This document shows positions 1-8,049 of a stretch of 38,270 bases of DNA, one piece after another. A program made the translations under genes and the position numbers. This stretch comes from a virus (taxonomy: Duplodnaviria; Heunggongvirae; Uroviricota; Caudoviricetes): positions 1-38,270 of the IMG/VR virus record IMGVR_UViG_2609459790_000001. One strand, 5' to 3'. The notes below the pieces were generated by a model that saw nothing but the letters and a program-made list of their open reading frames with translations, was not told where the DNA came from and ran no database searches. Each line of letters opens with the position of its first letter. Positions within the stretch are counted from its first letter, which is position 1.

Positions 1-87
1 CTTTTTTATACTAAGTTGGCATTATAAAAAAGCATTGCTTATCAATTTGTTGCAACGAACAGGTCACTATCAGTCAAAATAAAATCA
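1..87. other. attL: Lambda-type attachment site: core (CTTTTTTATACTAA) followed by the P-prime arm; left prophage junction (attL)
   Basis: Window opens with the lambda att core and continues with sequence I recognise as the lambda P-prime arm (GTTGGCATTATAAAAAAGCATTGCTTATCAATTTGTTGCAACGAACAGGTCACTATCAGTCAAAATAA), directly next to the int stop codon. Confidence 0.8.
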
Positions 88-1158
88 TTATTTGATTTCA
101 ATTTTGTCCCACTCCCTGCCTCTGTCATCACGATACTGTGATGCCATGGTGTCCGACTTATGCCCGAGAAGATGTTGAGCAAATTTATCGCTTATCTGCT
201 TCTCATAGAGTCTTGCAGACAAACTGCGCAACTCGTGAAAGGTTGGCGGATCCCCTTCGAAGGAGAGACCTGATGCTTTTCGTGCGCGCATAAAATACCT
301 TGATACTGTGCCGGATGAAAGCGGTTCACGACGAGTAGATGCAATTATGGTTTCTCCGCCAAGAATCTTTTTGCATTTATCAAGTGTTTCCTTCATTGAT
401 ATCCCGAGAGCATCAACATGCAATGTTGTTGGGATGGCAATTTTTACGCCTGTTTTGCTTTGCTCGACATAAAGATATCCATCTACGATATCAGACCACT
501 TCATTTCGCATAAATCACCAACTCGCTGCCCGGTAACAACAGCCAGTTCCATTGCAAGTCTAAGCCAACATGGTGATGATTCTGCTGCTTGATAAATTTT
601 CAGGTATTCGTCAGCCGTAAGTCTTGATCTCCTTACCTCTGATTTTGCAGCGCGAGTGGCTGCGACCGGGTTTGTTGTTATATGGCCTTCAGCTATAGCC
701 TCTCGGAATGCATCGCTCAGTGTTGATCTGATTAACTTGGCTGATGCCGCCTTGCCCTCGTCTATGTATCCATTGAGCATTGCCGCAATTTCTTTTGTGG
801 TGATGTCTTCAAGTGGAGCATCAGGCAGACCCCTCCTTATTGCTTTAATTTTGCTCATGTAATTTATGAGTGTCTTCTGCTTGATTCCTCTGCTGGCCAG
901 GATTTTTTCGTAGCGATCAAGCCATGAATGTAACGTAACGGAATTATCACTGTTGATTCTCGCTGTCAGAGGCTTGTGTTTGTGTCCTGAAAATAACTCA
1001 ATGTTGGCCTGTATAGCTTCAGTGATTGCGATTCGCCTGTCTCGGCCTAATCCAAACTCTTTACCCGTCCTTGGGTCCCTGTAGCAGTAATATCCATTGT
1101 TTCTTATATAAAGGTTAGGGGGTAAATCCCGGCGCTCATGACTTCGCCTTCTTCCCAT
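88..1158 (-). CDS. int: Tyrosine integrase, lambda Int type
   Basis: 356 aa translation matches lambda Int essentially over full length (MGRRRSHERRDLPPNLYIRNNGYYCYRDPRTGKEFGLG ... catalytic region with HELRSLSARLYEKQ and GHKSDTMASQY). Confidence 0.97.
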   Translation of the reverse strand: MGRRRSHERRDLPPNLYIRNNGYYCYRDPRTGKEFGLGRDRRIAITEAIQANIELFSGHKHKPLTARINSDNSVTLHSWLDRYEKILASRGIKQKTLINYMSKIKAIRRGLPDAPLEDITTKEIAAMLNGYIDEGKAASAKLIRSTLSDAFREAIAEGHITTNPVAATRAAKSEVRRSRLTADEYLKIYQAAESSPCWLRLAMELAVVTGQRVGDLCEMKWSDIVDGYLYVEQSKTGVKIAIPTTLHVDALGISMKETLDKCKKILGGETIIASTRREPLSSGTVSRYFMRARKASGLSFEGDPPTFHELRSLSARLYEKQISDKFAQHLLGHKSDTMASQYRDDRGREWDKIEIK

Positions 1159-1354
1159 TTCTGATCCTCTTCAAAAGGCTACCTGTTACTGGTCGATTTA
1201 AGTCAACCTTTACCGCTGATTCGTGGAACAGATACTCTCTTCCATCCTTAACCGGAGGAGGGAATATCCTGCACTCGCGTACCCATCGACGAACTGTTTC
1301 AAGGCTTCTTGGGCGTCGCTGGCGTGCGTTCCACTCCTGAAGTGTCAAGTACAT
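1136..1354 (-). CDS. xis: Excisionase, lambda Xis type
   Basis: 72 aa translation MYLTLQEWNARQRRPRSLETVRRWVRECRIFPPPVKDGREYLFHESAVKVDLNRP matches lambda Xis; overlaps int start as in lambda. Confidence 0.95.
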   Translation of the reverse strand: MYLTLQEWNARQRRPRSLETVRRWVRECRIFPPPVKDGREYLFHESAVKVDLNRPVTGSLLKRIRNGKKAKS

Positions 1355-1381
1355 CGCAAAGTCTCCGCAATTACACGCAAG

Positions 1382-1401
1382 AAAAAACCGCCATCAGGCG
1401 G
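1382..1401 (-). terminator. Candidate intrinsic terminator on minus strand upstream of xis
   Basis: Minus-strand hairpin (stem CCGCC/GGCGG, loop UGAU) followed by a run of six U; plus-strand sequence AAAAAACCGCCATCAGGCGG. Confidence 0.35.
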
Positions 1402-1649
1402 CTTGGTGTTCTTTCAGTTCTTCAATTCGAATATTGGTTACGTCTGCATGTGCTATCTGCGCCCATATCATCCAGTGGTCGTAGCAGTCGTTGATGTTCT
1501 CCGCTTCGATAACTCTGTTGAATGGCTCTCCATTCCATTCTCCTGTGACTCGGAAGTGCATTTATCATCTCCAAAAAACAAACCCCGCCGTAGCGAGTTC
1601 AGATAAAATAAATCCCCGCGAGTGCGAGGATTGTTATGTAATATTGGGT

Positions 1650-1931
1650 TTAATCATCTATATGTTTTGTACAGAGAGGGCAAGTATCGTTTCCACCGTA
1701 CTCGTGATAATAATTTTGCACGGTATCAGTCATTTCTCGCACATTGCAGAATGGGGATTTGTCTTCATTAGACTTATAAACCTTCATGGAATATTTGTAT
1801 GCCGACTCTATATCTATACCTTCATCTACATAAACACCTTCGTGATGTCTGCATGGAGACAAGACACCGGATCTGCACAACATTGATAACGCCCAATCTT
1901 TTTGCTCAGACTCTAACTCATTGATACTCAT
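1650..1931 (-). CDS. ea8.5: Ea8.5-like protein
   Basis: 93 aa, Cys/His-rich, same size and position (after xis) as lambda Ea8.5; translation resembles what I recall of lambda Ea8.5. Confidence 0.8.
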   Translation of the reverse strand: MSINELESEQKDWALSMLCRSGVLSPCRHHEGVYVDEGIDIESAYKYSMKVYKSNEDKSPFCNVREMTDTVQNYYHEYGGNDTCPLCTKHIDD

Positions 1932-2122
1932 TTATAAACTCCTTGCAATGTATGTCGTTTCAGCTAAACGGTATCAGCAATGTTTATGTAAAGAAACAGT
2001 AAGATAATACTCAACCCGATGTTTGAGTACGGTCATCATCTGACACTACAGACTCTGGCATCTCTGTGAAGACGACGCGAAATTCAGCATTTTCACAAGC
2101 GTTATCTTTTACAAAACCGATC

Positions 2123-2812
2123 TCACTCTCCTTTGATGCGAATGCCAGCGTCAGACATCATATGCAGATACTCACCTGCATCCTGAACCCATTGACCTCC
2201 AACCCCGTAATAGCGATGCGTAATGATGTCGATAGTTACTAACGGGTCTTGTTCGATTAACTGCCGCAGAAACTCTTCCAGGTCACCAGTGCAGTGCTTG
2301 ATAACAGGAGTCTTCCCAGGATGGCGAACAACAAGAAACTGGTTTCCGTCTTCACGGACTTCGTTGCTTTCCAGTTTAGCAATACGCTTACTCCCATCCG
2401 AGATAACACCTTCGTAATACTCACGCTGCTCGTTGAGTTTTGATTTTGCTGTTTCAAGCTCAACACGCAGTTTCCCTACTGTTAGCGCAATATCCTCGTT
2501 CTCCTGGTCGCGGCGTTTGATGTATTGCTGGTTTCTTTCCAGCTCATCCAGCAGCGCCAAGACGGTAGCTGGATTGGCTGCGGCGATGAATTCAGCATTG
2601 GCCTGCTGTTCCATTTGGAAATCTTCATCGAAACCGCTTTCAGGATGCGCTCCTTCAATTCTGCAAATGGGAAGATATCCAACAACTTCACGATGAATTA
2701 GCGCATCATCACCATCAAATCGGCTCTCTCCATATTCGAGCGACCACTCACCACACGTTGCTTTCTCTGCCTTTTCACGCAGTGCCTGATAGTCAATTGT
2801 CATTCTCGCCAT
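2123..2812 (-). CDS. ea22: Ea22-like protein, C-terminal two thirds lambda-like with a different N-terminus
   Basis: 229 aa; central and C-terminal region (NQQYIKRRDQENEDIALTVGKLRVELETAKSKLNEQREYYEGVISDG ... ) matches remembered lambda Ea22. Confidence 0.75.
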   Translation of the reverse strand: MARMTIDYQALREKAEKATCGEWSLEYGESRFDGDDALIHREVVGYLPICRIEGAHPESGFDEDFQMEQQANAEFIAAANPATVLALLDELERNQQYIKRRDQENEDIALTVGKLRVELETAKSKLNEQREYYEGVISDGSKRIAKLESNEVREDGNQFLVVRHPGKTPVIKHCTGDLEEFLRQLIEQDPLVTIDIITHRYYGVGGQWVQDAGEYLHMMSDAGIRIKGE

Positions 2813-3465
2813 CCTTCACAGTTGTAATCACTACAGCCTTCAAAATCATATGGGTTGTACTGCCAGGTGATTTTTCCGCAATGCGGACAATTCCAACGCA
2901 CCTTCCCGCTTCGCGACTTCTTTCTTCTGTTCTGCTTTTTCAACCAGTCAGGCATGACCAAACCTGCGCCCTGAACCATTGTTCTGCGGTTAAAGTTATT
3001 GATATTGAACGTCAGGCGCTTTGCTGAATCAGCAATGGAAAATGGCAACCAAACTATTCCTGGTTCGTTTTTGTTGGCGACGCTAAAGATGGTCGCTTTA
3101 CTGAAGTCATCTGTTGGCAATCCACCGTGTTGAAGCCAGTAAACATCGTTGCCGTTCCAGCTACCTTTTTTGTAGGCCACATACGCAGTGCAATCTGGCT
3201 CAATCAGGTTTTCTGTAGGGATGTACTGGCAATCAACGTGCCACACAGCCATTGCATCCACGCTATCAGCGCAAACAGGCTGATCGATATCTCGACCACA
3301 ATTCCAGGCTTTTTGGGCTTCTTCCAGCGTGTAAACATGAGCGCGATCGATATTAGAACTGTAACCATTGCCGTTATGGCAATGGAATGAAGCGTTATTA
3401 CCCACAGTTTCACGCAAGCACATCATGTAAAAGCGGTTATTCACTGGCTGCCTCCTTTGCGCCAC
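2800..3465 (-). CDS. Hypothetical Cys/His-rich protein with C-terminal zinc-ribbon-like motif (CPHCGK ... CSDYNCEGW)
   Basis: 221 aa ORF, non-ATG (GTG) start in the track, overlaps ea22 start by 13 nt suggesting translational coupling; no family recognised. Confidence 0.55.
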   Translation of the reverse strand: MAQRRQPVNNRFYMMCLRETVGNNASFHCHNGNGYSSNIDRAHVYTLEEAQKAWNCGRDIDQPVCADSVDAMAVWHVDCQYIPTENLIEPDCTAYVAYKKGSWNGNDVYWLQHGGLPTDDFSKATIFSVANKNEPGIVWLPFSIADSAKRLTFNINNFNRRTMVQGAGLVMPDWLKKQNRRKKSRSGKVRWNCPHCGKITWQYNPYDFEGCSDYNCEGWRE

Positions 3466-3604
3466 ATCGCATTCAGATATTTGTTTTGATTCACTGAAGG
3501 AAAAGAATTTCTTTTAAGCAATTCCTCTCTCGATGGCATTGGCTTTACGCGCTGGCGAATAATCATTTCTGCCGGAAGAATGCCGGGATTGTATGCAAGT
3601 CCTC

Positions 3605-3886
3605 TCATGATTTACTCTCCACGAACTGGTCAATAGCCATGCTAAGTGACACACCTAAAGTCTCGATATGCTGCTGAATATCCTGTAGCGTATGCGCCTG
3701 AGATAACAGGATTTCACGGTTGCATAACTCTTTAACCAGATGCTCAAACTTGCTGTAATAACCGATACGACTTAGTGTTTCTTTGCCTGCATTCTCGCCT
3801 TCTTTGATAATTCCTCTTTCGCTAAGAATCAGATCGTGTTTTGTTCCAGTAATAACGTATTTGCCGAGGTCGATGTTTAGCTTCAT
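3605..3886 (-). CDS. Hypothetical protein
   Basis: 93 aa ORF in same orientation and tightly packed in the leftward early operon; no family recognised. Confidence 0.55.
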   Translation of the reverse strand: MKLNIDLGKYVITGTKHDLILSERGIIKEGENAGKETLSRIGYYSKFEHLVKELCNREILLSQAHTLQDIQQHIETLGVSLSMAIDQFVESKS

Positions 3887-3902
3887 TGTTAATTACTCCA
3901 TG

Positions 3903-4217
3903 TTAATTTATTCGTATGCCTGCTCTTTCTTCATCGAGTTTTTTTAGCTTGTATCGCATAGCTCTTACTGAATAAATTGAGCGGCAGGTTGCAATTGCTA
4001 TTTCTTCTGCGGAGAACTTACCGAAAAGTGATACTTCGGCTCTTGTCCATCGTCTTCCACGAAGTCGGCTAACAATGTCAGCGCCAATCCTTGTTGCTTT
4101 TGCCATTACTGCTTTTTCAGTCCTTTCCAGTTTTTCAGCGATAACTTCAACTGGCATTGTCGCCGCTACTTCGCGCAAGAAATCGACTTCCCATTTCTCC
4201 CATGGAGTCTTTTTCAT
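3903..4217 (-). CDS. Hypothetical protein with two W-x-x-E-V helix-rich repeats (possible DNA-binding)
   Basis: 104 aa ORF; internal duplication of a W..EV..L...IA motif visible in the translation; function not established. Confidence 0.55.
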   Translation of the reverse strand: MKKTPWEKWEVDFLREVAATMPVEVIAEKLERTEKAVMAKATRIGADIVSRLRGRRWTRAEVSLFGKFSAEEIAIATCRSIYSVRAMRYKLKKLDEERAGIRIN

Positions 4218-4228
4218 AGTCGATACCG

Positions 4229-4717
4229 TTATTTGATAAGAAGTGAAGGTTTCCCAACTTTGAGTTGAGCGCCGGGGATATTTATTCCTGCTTTTAGTTG
4301 GTGCTTGATTGCCAACTTGTCGGCTTTAATTGTCGTTTCGAACTCAACGTATTCAGGAGGAAGGGCGCTTGAGTCGATGATTTCTACAATTTCTGACGGT
4401 TTGCGGATTGTTACCTGGTGAATACCTGCTCGAATATTTTTCTTGCCAACCATTTCAAGCGATGACGCTATATATGATTTGATGCTGTCAATCTTATTTT
4501 GAATTACTGCGGCTCGCTCATTCAGTGACTTTGCCTCTTCCTTGAGGCGTTCAGCATAACCAGATTCATTTTTAATGACGGAAAGAAGTTGCTCTATTTT
4601 ATCGGTAAATTCTCCTTCCATGCCTTCTATTGTGTCAGCAATCATCTCTGGTTCTAAATCTGAATCCATCAATTTTGCGTATTCATTGGCAATTTCATAC
4701 AGTTTGCTCACTGGCAA
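4229..4717 (-). CDS. Gp157-like protein (siphovirus Gp157 family), recombinase-associated
   Basis: 162 aa, coiled-coil rich, immediately downstream of the RecT-family gene with overlapping start/stop; pattern matches remembered Sipho_Gp157 family members that accompany RecT/Erf in phages. Confidence 0.55.
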   Translation of the reverse strand: MPVSKLYEIANEYAKLMDSDLEPEMIADTIEGMEGEFTDKIEQLLSVIKNESGYAERLKEEAKSLNERAAVIQNKIDSIKSYIASSLEMVGKKNIRAGIHQVTIRKPSEIVEIIDSSALPPEYVEFETTIKADKLAIKHQLKAGINIPGAQLKVGKPSLLIK

Positions 4718-5606
4718 CCTCCAGTTTCGCTTTGCATTCTATGTAAATGGCTTGTACGTTCTGCTGCAATTCCATTCCAGATGTCAGGCGATATGCTTCT
4801 GCAAAATATCGCTTCAAATCATCCATGTTTTCTGCCTGAGCCATTTCATCGCAAAGAAGTTGTACTTTATCCATTATTTCCTGCTGGCGTTTCCGTTCAT
4901 CTTCGCGGATATCTTCCTCTGATTTGTGCGGCATAACTGGTTCAGTCCACACACCTTCTTCTTCGTTTAGTACGTGAATAGCACTATCAAGACGTGATGC
5001 CTTAGGCCAATACTTGCTTGCACGCTTTACGACCGTCTTTCGCGCCATCTCATTCCAGTGATTTACCCATGGTCCTTTATCGCTGAATGCTGCCTTGCTT
5101 GTTTTCCTTACAGCCTCAATTTCAGCCAGACTCATCTCTTCCGTTAGATAATCACCTGCCGGCGTCTTAACTGTGCAGTAAACGCCAACGATATCACCAC
5201 GATCACCGAAGGCGTTGTATTTATGGGTTGGTGCTTTATCAAGCCCGTTTGACTCATAGGTATCGTTAGCATGAACAAGTTTTGCCTGACCCCATGAGAT
5301 AACACCAGACTCCATTGCAATATGGAGCAATCCCATATAGCTGATATCAAGGCAAACCATGCCGTCGCGAGGAACCAGATAAGCCAGTTTGCTGGCAGGG
5401 TTTAAGGTGATGCCGATCGCCGCAACATTGATGATGGCGTTCTGTGCGCTGGTTGGATTTGCCAGTGCCGTTTTAGCCAGGTAATCATTTTTCTGGAAAT
5501 ACTGAATTGCAAACTGGCTTTCCTTAGCCCATGTCACCGTCTGTTCAGTCAATGCTCCGCAGAATAACTGCTCTTGCTGTTTAACGAATTCAACGATATT
5601 GCTCAT
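4695..5606 (-). CDS. recT: RecT-family single-strand annealing recombinase
   Basis: 303 aa; the segment GPWVNHWNEMARKTVVKRASKYWP aligns to the conserved GPWVTHWEEMAKKTAIRR motif of E. coli RecT. Confidence 0.85.
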   Translation of the reverse strand: MSNIVEFVKQQEQLFCGALTEQTVTWAKESQFAIQYFQKNDYLAKTALANPTSAQNAIINVAAIGITLNPASKLAYLVPRDGMVCLDISYMGLLHIAMESGVISWGQAKLVHANDTYESNGLDKAPTHKYNAFGDRGDIVGVYCTVKTPAGDYLTEEMSLAEIEAVRKTSKAAFSDKGPWVNHWNEMARKTVVKRASKYWPKASRLDSAIHVLNEEEGVWTEPVMPHKSEEDIREDERKRQQEIMDKVQLLCDEMAQAENMDDLKRYFAEAYRLTSGMELQQNVQAIYIECKAKLEVASEQTV

Positions 5607-5914
5607 GCAGCTTCTCCAAAAATGTGTCTGCGTTTGAATATTGCGAAGGCATATTCAGCCTTAACTCTTTCGGTTATTGCATCCCAGAACCATTCAGCGG
5701 CTTTTTCCTGATAGTTACAGTCATCATCTTCCAGCCAGTCGATAGCGTCCTTAGTGTGTTCATCTGGTTTATATGAGCGAAGCATTTCGCTTATTGGGTC
5801 GCAACGTTTGCAGAGACGATCAACTTCACTGTTGATTCGTTCGTAATCTTCATCGGTAAAACTTGCGATGATTTGCGATATTTCACGCTTATCATTCAGA
5901 GTCAGAATCATCAT
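5603..5914 (-). CDS. Hypothetical acidic protein in the position of lambda gam or P22 abc (function unknown)
   Basis: 103 aa ORF translationally coupled (ATGA overlap) to the recombinase gene; no recognisable similarity to Gam. Confidence 0.55.
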   Translation of the reverse strand: MMILTLNDKREISQIIASFTDEDYERINSEVDRLCKRCDPISEMLRSYKPDEHTKDAIDWLEDDDCNYQEKAAEWFWDAITERVKAEYAFAIFKRRHIFGEAA

Positions 5915-5995
5915 CTTTCTCCTGTTCTTTGTGCTGATTGAGCATTTTGTTCATCTGACGAATGAATTCTTCGTCTGACCAGTTATCTGTAAAAC

Positions 5996-6148
5996 TCATT
6001 TCCTGCGATACCACGGAAGGTTGATAGCTGATTTCATCGCTTTATTTGCTTCAAGCCACATTTTTGAATCACCAATAAATCGGGCTATTACTGCTTTGTT
6101 TTGTGCTGCACGAAGCACCTGGTGATTGATGGCTATTTCATTGCGCAT
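5996..6148 (-). CDS. kil: Kil-like small protein (host killing / FtsZ inhibitor family)
   Basis: 50 aa ORF missing from the track (below its length cutoff): MRNEIAINHQVLRAAQNKAVIARFIGDSKMWLEANKAMKSAINLPWYRRK; FIGDSKMW resembles FIGDEKMF of lambda Kil as I recall it. Confidence 0.55.
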   Translation of the reverse strand: MRNEIAINHQVLRAAQNKAVIARFIGDSKMWLEANKAMKSAINLPWYRRK

Positions 6149-6267
6149 AACGCCTCCAGTTGTTTCTTTGCTGCTCTGATTAATTGTTTAACTCGGCGTG
6201 ATAATTCAGATTCGTGCGGGTAGAAAGCGGACATGACGCCGCTACCCGCGAACTGAAAGTGCATCAT
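6133..6267 (-). CDS. cIII: CIII-like small protein (FtsH inhibitor family)
   Basis: 44 aa ORF missing from the track: MMHFQFAGSGVMSAFYPHESELSRRVKQLIRAAKKQLEALCAMK; resembles lambda CIII core (AIAGWPV...PSESLLERITRKLRDGWKRL); strong AAGGAG ribosome-binding site 7 nt upstream. Confidence 0.55.
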   Translation of the reverse strand: MMHFQFAGSGVMSAFYPHESELSRRVKQLIRAAKKQLEALCAMK

Positions 6268-6336
6268 GGGTAACTCCTTATATTTGATTGCATAACGAAA
6301 ACGCCTCGAGTGAAGCGTTATTGGTATGCATATAAA

Positions 6337-6365
6337 AAGGCCCTCACACTGGAGGGCAAAGAAGA
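6337..6365 (-). terminator. Candidate intrinsic terminator in the leftward operon upstream of cIII (tL-like)
   Basis: Minus-strand hairpin GCCCUC-CAGUGU-GAGGGC followed by CUUUUUAUAU. Confidence 0.45.
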
Positions 6366-6452
6366 TTTCAAATAATCAGAACAAGTCGGCTCCTGTTTAG
6401 TTACGAGCGACATTGCTCCGTGTATTCACTCGTTGGAATGAATACACAGTGC

Positions 6453-6665
6453 TTATTTGCGAGCTTTGAGCATGGCATCAGCAATAAAGTAGGCATCATC
6501 TGCTAATTCTTTGTACTGTGGTGAATTCTGTCCACCGCCAAAGGAATGTCCGTCCCATCTGCGCACTATTGCTGCCATAGCCTTAGCAGCGAAGTAATCA
6601 CGTAATGTCGCATCACTTGCCATTTCTGGGCGTTTGATATCTGCTTCATAAAACTCGCACATCAC
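6453..6665 (-). CDS. Hypothetical protein
   Basis: 70 aa ORF in operon orientation, start overlaps the stop of the upstream ORF. Confidence 0.5.
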   Translation of the reverse strand: MMCEFYEADIKRPEMASDATLRDYFAAKAMAAIVRRWDGHSFGGGQNSPQYKELADDAYFIADAMLKARK

Positions 6666-6796
6666 TCACCTCCAAGAGCATTTGCAGCCTCTTTTGCTTT
6701 GTGAATCCATGGCAGAGCCATGTAGTACACAGCCTTTTCATCAGCGCCGGTGATATCATGCTCTGCCACCCATTTCGTAAATTCAACTGCGTTCAT
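6662..6796 (-). CDS. Hypothetical small protein (start uncertain; longest ORF would extend to 6862)
   Basis: ATG at 6796 preceded by GAGGTG ribosome-binding site; the longer track ORF begins at 6862 without an obvious ribosome-binding site. Confidence 0.4.
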   Translation of the reverse strand: MNAVEFTKWVAEHDITGADEKAVYYMALPWIHKAKEAANALGGE

Positions 6797-6851
6797 ATTC
6801 ACCTCTATGCTTGCTGCCAAAACAATGAACCATCCGGAAATTCCAGATAGT

Positions 6852-7076
6852 TCATAATTCACTCTTCAATACTTCCAACTTACTAATCGCCGATAGATAT
6901 CCGCGCTGATAGGGCATCATCATTCCTTCGAGCTTGCCACTTCTTAACTCCTCCCTGAGCAATTGTATTGCTTGATCAATAACCTCTGCCTTAGCGTCCT
7001 TTATGGCTTGCTTGCGGGGCTTTGCTTTCTGCTTTGGCAGATTTCTCAAGCATGATGGAATGTATGTCTGATTCAT
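6852..7076 (-). CDS. Hypothetical lysine-rich protein (not N-like)
   Basis: 74 aa from the ATG at 7076 (track ORF starts one codon earlier at a GTG); no arginine-rich motif typical of N proteins. Confidence 0.5.
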   Translation of the reverse strand: MNQTYIPSCLRNLPKQKAKPRKQAIKDAKAEVIDQAIQLLREELRSGKLEGMMMPYQRGYLSAISKLEVLKSEL

Positions 7077-7209
7077 CACTTACCTCGCTGTCAGTTGTTT
7101 GGATTTCCGGTAGCCTGCTGCGTAAAGAGCTACGTTTGGCAGGCACACAGCACCACCTTCAACTTCCTTCTAACGCGTTCCTGCAAGCGAAATGGCTCTT
7201 GAAACACGT

Positions 7210-7743
7210 TTACTGGCTCCGTCCATGATTTTCATGAAAGCCATATAGTGCATTGGCTTCTTTCCTTGCTTGTTTGGCATCATCTAAAAGTTTGAATGAG
7301 CCTAGGTATTTTCGTTTTCCATCCACAGTTATCGATGCAACATAAAACCCATGCTCTTTTCTTGCTTCAACACCTGTAACTCCAGTTGATGAAGATGATT
7401 TTAAAGGCATGTTTTTCATATTCTCTTTGAAAGAAACGCTTCTTAAATTGGAGATTCTGTTGTCATCCTTAACGCCGTTTATGTGATCAATCACATCAGG
7501 CCAGTAGCCATGCACGTAAAGCCATGCAAGTCTGTGAGACTTAAATTTTTTACCTCCAATATTTATTCTCAGATAACCCTTGTTGTCAGGTGAGCCAGCC
7601 TTTTTACCTGGATACTTCTTGTTCCACGTCAAGGCAGCTCTGTTATCCGCAAACAAATGCTTTGCTCTCGGCTTCCAATAAAAGTCACCACTCACAGGAT
7701 TGTAATGAAGAATCTCCCTTACAGACGCTTGAGTAAGATCCAC
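7210..7743 (-). CDS. HNH endonuclease with AP2-type DNA-binding domain (homing-endonuclease-like), first gene of the PL operon
   Basis: 177 aa; motif YWPDVIDHINGVKDDNRISNLR (HNH_3 type) and a C-terminal AP2-like segment; GTG start with AGGAGG ribosome-binding site. Confidence 0.85.
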   Translation of the reverse strand: MDLTQASVREILHYNPVSGDFYWKPRAKHLFADNRAALTWNKKYPGKKAGSPDNKGYLRINIGGKKFKSHRLAWLYVHGYWPDVIDHINGVKDDNRISNLRSVSFKENMKNMPLKSSSSTGVTGVEARKEHGFYVASITVDGKRKYLGSFKLLDDAKQARKEANALYGFHENHGRSQ

Positions 7744-7759
7744 TTAAACCTCCTAACAA

Positions 7760-7880
7760 AAACACTTCAATAACCCTCCGGTTATGGAAATGTTCTTTTG
7801 TAGTGAGCAGCATTGCCGTTCATCCTGAACCCGCCGCGCTCCCGACGCATGGTTTAATGTCGCGCCGTTCGACATGGCTT
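7760..7880 (-). ncRNA. Candidate put-like cis-acting antitermination RNA element (putL-like), hypothesis only
   Basis: GC-rich structured leader between the PL operators and the first gene; shares CGAACGGC, GUCGGG and UCAGGAUGAAC-like blocks with the element downstream of cro; perfect 6-bp hairpin AUGUCG/CGACAU. Confidence 0.3.
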
Positions 7881-7884
7881 AACT

Positions 7885-7950
7885 ATATCCAAAGCTATTA
7901 TTTCTGTAAATAGCTATAGTTATAAAATAACTACTTTGGTTATTTAGTTG
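7885..7950. promoter_or_regulatory. Left operator/promoter region (OL/PL) with palindromic repressor sites
   Basis: Palindromes AAAGCTATTATTTCTGTAAATAGCTAT and AAATAACTACTTTGGTTATTT between cI and the leftward operon; the AGCTAT half-site recurs at OR. Confidence 0.55.
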
Positions 7951-8006
7951 TTGATATCTAATGTAATTTATTTTTCTTGAGTGTGATGTTTGGTGTGTTT
8001 TGGGCA

Positions 8007-8033
8007 ATAAAAAACCCGCAAAAAGCGGGTTTG
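8007..8033 (-). terminator. Intrinsic terminator downstream of cI (hairpin usable in both directions)
   Basis: AAAAAACCCGCAAAAAGCGGGTTTGTT: stem CCCGC/GCGGG flanked by an A-run and a T-run. Confidence 0.7.
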
Positions 8034-8049
8034 TTGTGGTGTGATGAGG

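Noticed and set aside
339-862. Plus-strand ORFs (339..536, 656..862) inside int
   Set aside because: Antisense to a confidently identified integrase gene; low-complexity translations; treated as spurious.
1223-1606. Plus-strand ORFs 1223..1606 and 1309..1494 overlapping xis and its upstream region
   Set aside because: Overlap xis on the opposite strand, no ribosome-binding site, translation looks non-protein-like.
6852-7079. Candidate N antiterminator (basic small protein near PL)
   Set aside because: The basic residues are lysines in a K-Q-K-A-K-P-R-K pattern, not the arginine-rich motif of N proteins, and the gene is not the first after PL.
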